Of a stretch of DNA of 64,000 nt, positions 47,620 through 58,800 are shown piece by piece. Source of the stretch: Blepharisma stoltei ATCC 30299 (lineage: Eukaryota; Protista; Ciliophora); contig CBFDEM010000009.1 of the NCBI GenBank assembly GCA_965603825.1, positions 248,001 to 312,000 on the forward strand. The letters run 5' to 3'. Positions within the stretch are counted from its first letter, which is position 1; the number at the start of each line of letters is the position of its first letter. The position numbers and the translations under genes were made by a program. The notes under the pieces are model-generated. The model was not told the DNA's origin, ran no database searches, and saw nothing but the letters and a program-made list of their open reading frames with translations.

Positions 47620-48729
47620 ATGCTGACCAGATTTTCAAGAAGATTAATAGGTGCTCATAAATTTTCTCTTCCTGACATAAAAACTCATAATATTGACCCA
47701 AAACTTGTCCCTACAGAAGCAGAATCCACAAAAGACGAACTAATGAAATATTTGACTGATATGATGACAATTAGAAGGCTAGAAATCCTTGCTGATGACC
47801 TATATAAAAATGAAAAAATAAGAGGCTTTTGCCATTTAAGTGATGGACAAGAAGCCATTGCAGTTGGCATGGAAGCTGCAGTTACTTATGAAGATAGCCT
47901 AATCACAGCATATAGAGACCATGGAAATGCTTATATGCGCGGGATAAGTCTAGACCATATTTTTGCTGAGCTATTCGGAAAAGCTTCTGGCTCAAGCAAA
48001 GGAAAAGGAGGCTCAATGCATTTTTATCATAAAGAGCACAGCTTTTATGGAGGAAATGGCATTGTTGGAGCTCAATGTGCAATTGGGGCAGGCCTTGCAT
48101 TTGCTTTAAAATACAAAAAGAAGCCAAATGTCGCCTTAATATTATTTGGAGATGGAGCTTCTGCCCAAGGTCAATTATACGAAGCATCTAACATGGCTGA
48201 GCTATGAAAATTGCCAGCCATTTTTGTATGTGAAAATAATTTGTATGGTATGGGTACTCCTATTGAAAAAGCCTCTGCAAATTTAGAGCTTTATACAAAA
48301 GGTCACCCAAGTCCTGGTATTAAAATTGATGGTCAAAATATTTTAGCTGTCAGAGAAACTTTTCACTTTGCAAAAGATTATGCTTTAAAAAATGGTCCAA
48401 TTTGGATAGAATGTGCAACATATAGATATCATGGCCATTCAATGTCTGATCCTGGAGTTTCTTATAGAAAAAGAGACGAAATCACAGCAGCAAGAGCAGC
48501 AAAAGACCCTATACAGAAAGTAAAAGATTGGCTTATAGAAAAAAATGAAGCAACTGAAGAGGAGCTTGATAAGATGGAAAAAAATATAAGGAAAAAAGTG
48601 CTAGAGATCGCAAATAAAGCAAAAGAGGAGCCTTGGCCAGATCATAAAGAGCTATTTACAGATGTTTATGGTCCAGGAAGAAAATATTTTTATAGGAATA
48701 TTGAATTTAAAAATAGCACCATGTTCTAA
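47620..48729 (+). CDS. PDHA1: Pyruvate dehydrogenase E1 alpha subunit (TGA=Trp at 48205)
   Basis: IRGFCHL.DGQEA, GKGGSMH, GGNGIVGAQ, FGDGA..QGQ, NMAEL-(TGA)-KLP, TYRYHGHSMSDPG.SYR. Confidence 0.97.
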
Positions 48730-51263
48730 ATTCGTGGTTAGAAAATATATTTTAATAAATTGTTAGATACAAATTTATGACAAAATAAACCAAAATATTA
48801 TAAGCATTTTAATTTGAATTAACTTATAATTTTTAAGATGAGCAGCATTGACCCGAGACAGCCTAAATGGACTCCTAATGAAGCTAGGAGACCACAAGAT
48901 GCTTCAGATACCTCTGAAGAGTCTGAAGAAGAATATTTTAGACGAGCAGCTCCTTATGAAGTAAAATTAAGACTAGGCCAAATAGAATACGGACAAGACA
49001 TCGCCTACTATAATGATAATCAAGCAGCCTTAACCGAGCTTACTTACCTCCAGCAAAGACAGATGAATACCGATCACTCATTGTATCGCAAAGACAAAAA
49101 AGGTCGAGTCATCAAAAACATTGACAAAGACAAGCTTGAAAAACGAACAGAAAAAAAAATCGAGCGGTTTAATCGCAAAAAGCTAGAGAAAAAACAGCTA
49201 AAAGAGCTTCAGAAAAAATTAGAAAGCCAAGTTTACTTAGAAGACACTCAAATTGAATCTTCTGATGAACTGCAGAAACTTGGACTTCCTACACATTTTG
49301 GGAAAGGAATAAGCAATAATTATGTGGAAGATAAAGAAATCAATAATTTGTTTCAAAGAGAAGATAAAACAGAAGCAAATGAAGAAGAAATGAATTCGGA
49401 TGGAACCAATGAAAGCGATTATATGGACGTAGATGATACAAAAGTCATTGAAAACTTGCCAGTGACACACGAAATTGTAATTGAAGGGCATAGTCGAGCA
49501 ATAAGTGATTTTGATATAAATCATGCCCATTCAAGATTTGCAAGTGGGTCTTTGGATTATTCGGTGAAGTTTTGGGATTTTACAACGATGACTGAATCAT
49601 TGGAGTACTTCAGGAGCTTTGAGCCAATTGAAAGCCACCCTGTTGTGAATGTAAAATACAGTTTGAACGATAAGCATGTCTTAATATGTGCTGGAGGAGT
49701 GCAGCCGAAAGTATTTAGTCCTGAAGGAAGAGTTCATTATGAATGTGTTAGAGGAGATATGTACATGACAGATATGGCAAATACCCATGGACATACAAGT
49801 ATGGTGACTCAATGTCAGTGGCATCCACATATTGAAAAATATTTCTTATCAAGCTCGCTTGACGGGACTGTAAGAGTTTGGGATCTCGCAGGAAGATTGG
49901 TTGGATTAGATAGACAATTAGGGCACAAAACCTTACATAAAGCTCGGTCTCAAAAATACACCAAAATCGGTGTAAATTCTTGCACATGGAACATTGATGG
50001 AAACTTGTGTATTGGAGGTTGCACTGATGGCTCTTTACAGCTATGGGAAACTGATAAAGGCAACTCAGTCCAGCCAAAACTTACCAACTTCAACGCCCAC
50101 AAAGCCGAAGGCGAAATCACTTGCATAAAATTTTTTAAAGACTCCAAAAAATTCTTATCTAGATCTCAGGACCACACCATGAAGCTATGGGATATCCGAA
50201 AATTCGACACTCCAATATATACATGGGACAATCTCTATAATCAAAACTACAAAATTCAAGTGGACTTATCCCCAGACGAAAAATTTATCATCACTGGTAC
50301 ATCTTCCCTCAAAAAAGAATCAAGAGGTGCATTAAAACTCTTCAGTACAGAAGACGAGTATAAACAGATCGGACAAATTAAATATGACAGTGCTATAATT
50401 GCTGTTAAATGGGACCCTACTTTTAATCAAATTTTCCTTGGGTGTTCTGATAGTAAAATTCGTGTACTTTATAAGCCTGATATGAGTTATGGAGGTGTCC
50501 TTGATTCCATAAAAAGAAAAGCCAAAACTTATGAGAGTTCTGACATGTTTTTGGAAAAACCGATCATCACTCCTTATAGTTTGTCTCAATTTAAGTTGAC
50601 ATTTTTAAATAAAGACAAAGAAAGGACAAGGATTAGAGATGACCCTGCTGCTTCTCATAAGCCAAAAGAGCCACTGTTTAACCCTGATAAGCAAGGGAAA
50701 ATGTCAGGGATCAATACAGTCACACAATATATTTTGAGAAGCATTAATGAAGAACCAAGACCTGAAGATGATTCCAGAGAACAGGTAATAAGCTATGATC
50801 CTGAAGCTAAAAAGAATCCAGAATGAGTCACTCCTGCTTACCTGAAAACTCAGCCAAAACCATTGTTTGATTATACTGGAGAACAGTTAGAAGAGCTTGA
50901 TTACTTGGCGAGAAATCCAGCACCCAAATGCTTATCGTGTGGAAAGAAGTTTTGTGGATGCGCAAAGAGAAGGACAGGCGATAACCCTGTATTTAGCGTT
51001 GATAAGTAGTTTATTATAAAAACGGTCTAATCTTAATGCAATGCTTGGCTTTTTATTTTTTTTCCGATGTTTTCTTTTAACATTCTATATCTTTTTACTA
51101 ATATGGAATATCTCCATACCTTCAAGGTAGAAAATATCACAGAAGTCCAAACCTTAACTGCAGTTTTCCTCGAAGCTTCAATTCACTCTTTTTATACACC
51201 AGAGGTCTTACCTCTCAAGCTTTCACCAACCATACTTTATTTGGTGTCAACATTAAATGTGCA
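48410..51263 (+). repeat. Tandem duplication B, copy 1 (PDHA1 3' part, WDR70, REV7 5' part)
   Basis: Repeats at 51256-54112 with period ~2845; bounded by aatgtgca. Confidence 0.95.
48838..51009 (+). CDS. WDR70: WDR70/GAD-1-like WD40 protein, paralog 1 (TGA=Trp at 50824)
   Basis: LP..FGK, LPVTHE, GS.DY.VKFWDF..M, GDMY..DM.NT.GH; the paralog has TGG at the TGA position. Confidence 0.88.
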
Positions 51264-51580
51264 ACATATAGATATCATCACCATTCAGTATCTGAGCCAG
51301 GAGTTTCTTATAGAAAAAGAGACGAAACCATAGCAGCAAGAGCAGCAAAAGGTCCTATATAGAAAGAAAAAGATTGGCTTATAGAAAAAAATGAAGCAAC
51401 TGAAGAGGAGCTTGATAAGATGGAAAAAAATATTAAGAAAAAAGTGCTAGAGATCAAAAATAAAGCAAAAGGGGAGCCTTGGCCAGATCATAAAGAGCTA
51501 TTTACAGATGTTTATGGTCCAGGAAGTAAATATTTCTATAGGAATATTGAGTTTAAAAATAGCACATGTTTTAAATTCGT
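51103..51580 (+). pseudogene. Chimeric junction relic: frameshifted REV7 5' fragment fused to a PDHA1 3' fragment
   Basis: 51103-51263 matches 53947-54112 with small deletions; 51256-51580 matches 48410-48730 with substitutions and a frameshift. Confidence 0.9.
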
Positions 51581-54112
51581 GGTTAGAAAATATATTTTAA
51601 TAAGTTGTTAGATACAAATTTATGAAAAAATAAGCCAAAGAATTATAAGCATTTTAATTTTAATTAACTTATAATTTTTAAGATGAGCAGCATTGACCCG
51701 AGACAGCCTAAATGGACTCCTAATGAAGCTAGGAGACCACAAGATGCTTCAGATACCTCTGAAGAGTCTGAAGAAGAATATTTTAGACGAGCAGCTCCTT
51801 ATGAGGTAAAATTAAGACTAGGCCAAATAGAATACGGACAAGACATCGCCTACTATAATGATAATCAAGCAGCCTTAACCGAGCTTACTTACCTCCAGCA
51901 AAGACAGATGAATACCGATCACTCATTGTATCGCAAAGACAAAAAAGGTCGAGTCATCAAAAACATTGACAAAGACAAGCTTGAAAAACGAACAGAAAAA
52001 AAAATCGAGCGGTTTAATCGCAAAAAGCTAGAGAAAAAACAGTTAAAAGAGCTTCAGAAAAAATTAGAAAGCCAAGTTTACTTAGAAAACACTCAAATTG
52101 AATCTTCTGATGAACTGCAGAAACTTGGGCTTCCTACACATTTTGGGAAAGGAATAAGCAATAATTATGTGGAAGACAAAGAAATCCATAATTTGTTTCA
52201 AAGAGAAGATAAAACAGAAGCAAATGAAGAAGAAATGAATTCAGATGGAACCAATGAAAGCGATTATATGGACGTAGATGATACAAAAGTCATTGAAAAC
52301 TTGCCAGTGACACATGAAATTGTAATTGAAGGGCATAGTCGAGCAATAAGTGATTTTGATATAAATCATGCCCATTCAAGATTTGCAAGTGGGTCTTTGG
52401 ATTATTCGGTGAAGTTTTGGGATTTTACAACGATGACTGAATCATTGGAGTACTTCAGGAGCTTTGAGCCAATTGAAAGCCACCCTGTTGTGAATGTAAA
52501 ATACAGTTTGAACGATAAGCATGTCTTAATATGTGCTGGAGGAGTGCAGCCGAAAGTATTTAGTCCTGAAGGAAGAGTTCATTATGAATGTGTTAGAGGA
52601 GATATGTACATGACAGACATGGCAAATACTCATGGACATACAAGCATGGTAACTCAATCCCAGTGGCATCCACATAATGAAAAATATTTCTTATCAAGCT
52701 CGCTTGATGGAACTGTAAGAGTTTGGGATCTCGCAGGAAGATTGGTTGGATTAGATAGACAATTAGGGCACAAAACCTTACATAAAGCTCGGTCTCAAAA
52801 ATACACCAAAATCGGTGTAAATTCTTGCACATGGAACATTGATGGAAACTTGTGTATTGGAGGTTGCACTGATGGCTCTTTACAGCTATGGGAAACTGAT
52901 AAAGGCAACTCAGTCCAGCCAAAACTCATCAACTTTAGCGCCCACAAAGCAGAAGGCGAAATCACTTGCATAAAATTTTTTAAAGACTCAAAAAAATTCT
53001 TATCTAGAGCCCAAGACCACACCATGAAGCTATGGGATATCCGAAAATTCGACACTCCAATATATACATGGGACAATCTCTATAATCAAAACTACAAGAT
53101 CCAAGTGGACTTATCCCCAGACGAAAAATTTATCATCACTGGTACATCTTCCCTCAAAAAAGAATCAAGAGGTGCATTAAAACTCTTTAGCACAGAAGAC
53201 GAGTATAAACAGATCGGACAAATTAAATATGACAGTGCTGTAATTGCTGTTAAATGGGACCCTACTTTTAATCAAATTTTCCTTGGGTGTTCTGATAGTA
53301 AAATTCGTGTACTTTATAAGCCTGATATGAGTTATGGAGGTGTCCTTGATTCCATAAAAAGAAAAGCCAAAACTTATGAGAGTTCTGACATGTTTTTGGA
53401 AAAACCGATCATCACTCCTTATAGTTTGTCTCAATTTAAGTTGGCATTTTTAAATAAAGACAAAGAAAGAAAAAGGATAAGAGATGACCCTGCTGCTTCT
53501 CATAAGCCAAAAGAGCCACTGTTTAGCCCTGATAGGCAAGGGAAAATGTCAGGGATCTATACACTTACACAATCTATTATAAGAGCCATTAATGAAAAAC
53601 CAAGACCTGAAGATGATTCCAGAGAACAGGTCATAAGTTATGACCCTGAAGCTAAAAAGAATCCAGAATGGGTCACTCCTGCTTACCTGAAAACTCAGCC
53701 AAAACCATTGTTTGATTATACTGGAGAACAATTAGAAGGGCACGAATATTTGGCAAGAAATCGAGCACCCAAATGCTTATCGTGCGGAATGAAATTTTGT
53801 GGATGTGCAGAGAGAAGGACAGGCGATAACCCTGTATTTAGCGTTGATAAGTAGTTTATTATAAAACGGTCTAATCTTAATGCTAGGCTTGGCTTTTTAT
53901 TGTTTTTCCGATGTTTTCTTTTAGCATTCTATATCTTTTTACTAATATGGAATATCTCTACACTGTTCAAGGTAGAAAATATCACAGAAGTCCAAACCTT
54001 AACTGCAGTTTTCCTCGAAGCTTCAATCCACTCCTTTTTATACATCAGAGGTCTTTATCCTTCTCAAGCTTTCACCAATCATGCTTTATTTGGCGTCAAC
54101 ATTAAATGTGCA
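51256..54112 (+). repeat. Tandem duplication B, copy 2
   Basis: Matches 48410-51263. Confidence 0.95.
51683..53854 (+). CDS. WDR70: WDR70/GAD-1-like WD40 protein, paralog 2
   Basis: Intact 723-aa ORF, colinear with paralog 1. Confidence 0.88.
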   Translation: MSSIDPRQPKWTPNEARRPQDASDTSEESEEEYFRRAAPYEVKLRLGQIEYGQDIAYYNDNQAALTELTYLQQRQMNTDHSLYRKDKKGRVIKNIDKDKLEKRTEKKIERFNRKKLEKKQLKELQKKLESQVYLENTQIESSDELQKLGLPTHFGKGISNNYVEDKEIHNLFQREDKTEANEEEMNSDGTNESDYMDVDDTKVIENLPVTHEIVIEGHSRAISDFDINHAHSRFASGSLDYSVKFWDFTTMTESLEYFRSFEPIESHPVVNVKYSLNDKHVLICAGGVQPKVFSPEGRVHYECVRGDMYMTDMANTHGHTSMVTQSQWHPHNEKYFLSSSLDGTVRVWDLAGRLVGLDRQLGHKTLHKARSQKYTKIGVNSCTWNIDGNLCIGGCTDGSLQLWETDKGNSVQPKLINFSAHKAEGEITCIKFFKDSKKFLSRAQDHTMKLWDIRKFDTPIYTWDNLYNQNYKIQVDLSPDEKFIITGTSSLKKESRGALKLFSTEDEYKQIGQIKYDSAVIAVKWDPTFNQIFLGCSDSKIRVLYKPDMSYGGVLDSIKRKAKTYESSDMFLEKPIITPYSLSQFKLAFLNKDKERKRIRDDPAASHKPKEPLFSPDRQGKMSGIYTLTQSIIRAINEKPRPEDDSREQVISYDPEAKKNPEWVTPAYLKTQPKPLFDYTGEQLEGHEYLARNRAPKCLSCGMKFCGCAERRTGDNPVFSVDK

Positions 54113-54595
54113 GGTGAAAAATACCTTAAAGACTACATCACTCAGGTAATCAATCTATAAGGTTTATGGAATCAATCGAATACATTCACAAAAAAGTAAA
54201 ATCCTATATAGGGCATTTTAAAAGGAATTGTAATTCTTGTTATGATGGAAAACCAGGTCATTGAAAGGTTTTTTATTAGAATTAACTGGATGACTTCCTT
54301 GTTTGGGCTCAATGAAATTGATAAACTGTCAACACCAATAAATGTAGAAAATGAGCTTGGAAACGCCTTAAGGAATATTTATGAAAAACCTATTTCAAGA
54401 TATAATGGAGAAACGTTCAAAATTGTAGTAGAAACACATAAAGAAGAAGCTGCAGATGTAGAAGAGCTCATGTCTAACACAATGTGGGATGTGGTCACTT
54501 TGGAATGCCACGAACCGCTTTCTCAGCATACTGCAAAAGTGGAAAATCTAATTGAGCTGTCTTGGGGTCATGAGTCAATTTCTCAGTCTGGGTAA
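53947..54595 (+). CDS. REV7: HORMA-domain protein REV7/MAD2L2-like (introns 53972-53987, 54146-54162, 54196-54211)
   Basis: FLEASIHSFLYIRGLYP..AF....FGV, L.DYI, IERF HORMA pattern; the frame needs three tiny introns, the second non-canonical. Confidence 0.75.
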
Positions 54596-54668
54596 ATAAT
54601 CCATTTAAATTATATCTGCTGAGTCTCTCTACCAGTATTTATTTAATATTTAACATAAGCTCTTATAA

Positions 54669-55196
54669 ATGCAGCAAGCTGACGAAAATGCAGTCCTCAA
54701 AAAACTAGTCGAAGAGCGCAAAGAATTTTACCTCAGAAAATACTGTTCCTCTTTCGAGCCAGAATATGACCACTACACAATAAAAACTCGGCCTCCTCAC
54801 TATGTGTATAATTTCCGACTGAATTATTATAGAAGGTCCAGAGAAGAAGAATTAAGAGACGAAGCAATGAGAGCAGCCAGACTTAAATGTCACCAGACTG
54901 CCAATGATTTTTCTAAATGCTCAGTCGCGAACCCATTCAATGAGCCTACAATGTGCAAAGAGCTATATCAGAAAATGAAACTTTGCTTTCGACAAGAGTT
55001 TGAAGTAGAAATGGATAAGAGAAGAAGAGATATGGAAAGAAACACTGAGTGGTGATGGAAAAATATTTATGATGAAGATGGAGAGGTAGGGGAACAAGCT
55101 AAAGATCCACCTTATACTTATGTCGAAAAAGTTGGAGATGCAGTCGAGTGGCTTATGAATAAAATGGATGGAGTGTTTTATAGGCACGATAAATAA
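54669..55196 (+). CDS. Twin CX9C, CMC1-like mitochondrial protein (TGA=Trp at 55053)
   Basis: EEELR..A...A...CHQTANDFSKC...CKELYQKMKLC; frame open to TAA 55194-55196. Confidence 0.75.
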
Positions 55197-55385
55197 AAAA
55201 TTGATATAAATTGGCACAAACAGTAGGTTTTATACAAATACGCAGAATTTAATAATTTTTTGAAGTTAAAAATTAGGATTCACTCAGCTATCTCTAATAT
55301 TTCAATAAAGTCTATCAGATTCATAATAATTTCTTTTGTATTTCCTCTTTATCTAAAATGTAAATCTGTGGGTATAAAAATAGGG

Positions 55386-55730
55386 ATGAAGTATTTATGC
55401 GCATACGCATTGGCTTGGCTTAGTGGAAACACACAACCAAAAGCTTCTGATTTAGCAAATATCATCAATGCCATTGGAGGAGACTTCGACACAAGCCGAG
55501 CTGAATCTCTATGTGATCTACTCGCCGAAAGAGACTTAACCAATGTCATCAAGGCTGGACTTCCAAAGCTCCAAGCCTTCGCCGGTGCATCCTCAGTAAG
55601 CAGCGCCCCAGTGACCACTTCTGAAGCTCCAAAGGAAGAAGCAGCTGAGAAGAAGGAAGATAAGAAAGAAAAGGAAGAAGTTGAAGATATTGAAGGTGCA
55701 ATGGACTTATTCGGAGGTGACGAATGGTAA
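55386..55730 (+). CDS. RPLP2: 60S acidic ribosomal protein P2
   Basis: MKYL.AYAL..L.GN..P...D...I..A.G, Ala-rich hinge, acidic tail ending MDLFG. Confidence 0.93.
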   Translation: MKYLCAYALAWLSGNTQPKASDLANIINAIGGDFDTSRAESLCDLLAERDLTNVIKAGLPKLQAFAGASSVSSAPVTTSEAPKEEAAEKKEDKKEKEEVEDIEGAMDLFGGDEW

Positions 55731-55850
55731 TATCTTAACAAAAACCTTTTTAATCCTATTTCTCCCTTTCTATTATTCAAATTGTTAGAGTGACTAGCAT
55801 TAATTTATTTCTGCGATTATTTTTAAACGTAATTATTTAAAATTTAAATA

Positions 55851-58800
55851 TTATGCAGACGCAAGCCTTGCATAAGCTCCTTGAAGCTGCATAAGTTCAT
55901 CGTGTGTTCCTCTTTCTACAACATCTCCTAGCTCTAATAGAATAATTTGGTCGCAATACTTAATAGTGCTGAGTCTATGGGCAATAGAAATCACTGTAAT
56001 ATTCATTCCTTCTATAGCTTCTTGGACTTTTCTCTCTGTAGCAGTATCAAGAGCGCTAGTTGCTTCATCAAGAATTAGGATTTTTGGCTTTTTAATTAAA
56101 GCCCTAGCTATTCCTATCCTTTGTTTTTGCCCGCCGCTAAGTTTCTGTCCTCTTAGTCCAACGTCTCTTTCCAGTCCTTCTTCATATTTTGAAATAAATT
56201 CATAAGCTTGTGACTGACTGCAGGCATCAAGAACTTCTGCATCAGTTGCGCCTGGGTTTCCGAATTTCAAGTTGTATCTTAAAGATCCTGAAAAAAGAGT
56301 AGGCTCTTGGCCAACCCAGCCGATTTCGTCTCTGAGATGGGTTAAGTTGAAAGCTTTGATGTCAATGCCGTTCAATAAAATTCTACCTTCAGTTATATCA
56401 TAAAACCTCAACAAAAGCTGAGTCACTGTAGATTTTCCAGATCCAGTAGTTCCACATATCCCAAGACTTCTACCAGGATCAAGCTTAAAGCTAAGTCCTT
56501 TCAGCACTTGAACCTCCCTAGCTGGATATTTAAATTTCACATTATCAAACTCAACACTCCCAGTCAGTGGATGAATTACTCCTTTATCAGAGCTCGCATC
56601 AATATTTGGTTTATAATCAATCACCCTAAACAAGTTTCTAGCAGCTGCAATTCCTCCATCAATATCAGGAGTCAAAGCACCAACCATGGTATTCGCCCAA
56701 GTTGCGAACATTACAGTGAAAAATGCCAATGTCATTGCTTCATAAGATAGCCCATCCTCTTTGACTAGATAAGCGCCATACCAACTTGATACTCCATATG
56801 TGAAATAGAGTACCAAAATCATGTATCCAAAGTAAAACCCTGAGGTAACTGCTTGTTTTTTAGCTTCCTCAGCTACACTTAAAGCTCCTTGATAGTAGTT
56901 TTTAATACAAGTGTTTTGGTAGTTATAAGCGTGAACAGTTTTTAGGTTCATCATAGCATCAGATGCAGCTGCTGTAGCTTTTTCGTGGCCTACTATGGCA
57001 AAGCCACGGATTTGTGCCATTCTGCCTTTTCTTTGTCCAATGTATATTAAAGGTAAACAAATAGCAACAAGAAAGGCAAGTGAAATAGAATATTGGCTTG
57101 CTATTCCTAAAGCAACGACCATTGCTGCAATTGCTAAAACTTGAACTCCAAGGACTGGCCCACCAATTGCGTTGATTCTTGCACAGTCTGCGCTCAGTCT
57201 TGTTGATAATACAGCTGGGTTATTTGCTGGGCTATCAAAAAAGGAGTTATCATAATACAAAAATGATCTTAACCCTTTAAATCTCATATCATAGGTAAAC
57301 AAAGCAGTAGATCTTGTCAAGCTGCCAGTTAAAAGTGTTAAGGATAAGACTACTAAAAAGGCTTCAAGTACAAGCCATGGGAGGTTTTGTAAGACATCTC
57401 CAGGCATATCCCCAGATTCATCTTGTGTAAGGTAAATTGTATTTGTAGCAAAAATAAACCCGAAAACAGGGAAAACTGCACCAGCAAGAATAGCAGCGAA
57501 AAAGGCTAGCAAAAGCCATTGCCAATAAGCAATAATCATAGAGAAGACTCTTGCCATTAAACTACTAGCACTTGCAAGCTGAGCTGCTTGTGCAGCAGGA
57601 CCTACTGGAGCTCTGATACTTTTAGCTTCTTCAGCTTCTAGTTTTCCAAGTCCAAGTTTTTCTTCACTAGACTGTTGCATTTTCACAAGTGTCGCATAAA
57701 TTCCGTCTTTCTGTATAAGTTCTGCATGGCTTCCAAGTTCTTGTACCTTACCTTCTTTAAGGACACAAATTACGTCACATTTTTTTACAGTTGAAAGTCT
57801 TTGGGCTACCATAATGGTTGTTCTCCCTGGCATAATTTTGTTGATTGTTTCTTGAATAGCAGCTTCAGTCCTAACATCTAAGGCACTTGTAGCTTCATCG
57901 AGTAATAAGACTTTTGGATCTCTGATAATAGCCCTTGCTAATGCAATTCTTTGTTTCTGGCCACCTGATAGCTGAGATCCTTTTGGTCCTACTAGAGTAT
58001 AGTACTGTTGAGGAAGACTTGAAATAAATTCATGAATGCCTGCATTTTTGGCAGCTTCAATAATTTGGGCATCAGTTGCATAAGGCTTGCCGACTAGGAT
58101 GTTTTCTTTGATGGTAGCATTAAATAAAATAGGTTCTTGGCTTACAAGACCCATCTGTGTCCTTAAACTAGCAATATTATAGCTTGCAATATCAGTTTTA
58201 TCAATCAAAATTCTGCCTCCACATGACTTATAGAACTGTTGGACTAGATTAATAATTGTGCTTTTTCCAGCCCCGGTTTCTCCTACAATTGCTACACTTT
58301 GTCCTGGATTAATCTTAAGATTGAATTTTTTCAAGACTAAAACAGCAGGGTTTGTAGGATACGCGAAATCGACGTCTTGGAATTCTATTCCTCCTTTAAT
58401 TCCTGTAGCATCCATATTGCCGCCTTCATCTACAGGTTCGTCAATAATTGGAACAATTGAGGCGATGCTTATTCTAGCTCTTGTGATATATTGGAAAGCT
58501 GGTAAGGCGTTTCCAAGTTGATGAGATGATACACCAACAGCAAAGAAAACAGTGACTACAAATCCTGGGCTTATTGGTTCACCTGTAATCCAGTTGTCTT
58601 GATCATATTCAAGTAAGTAGGCACCAACCCAGAATAAGACTCCTTGGAAAATGAATAAAGTGGCGTAATATACTGACCAGCCCACTCCAAACATAAACCC
58701 ATCCTTTGTTTGCATTTTCAAAGTAGGCTTGAGTTTCTCTTGGTAAAGTCTGGCCACACGTTCTTGAGCGTTATTAGCAGCAACTGTTTTTACCTCATAT

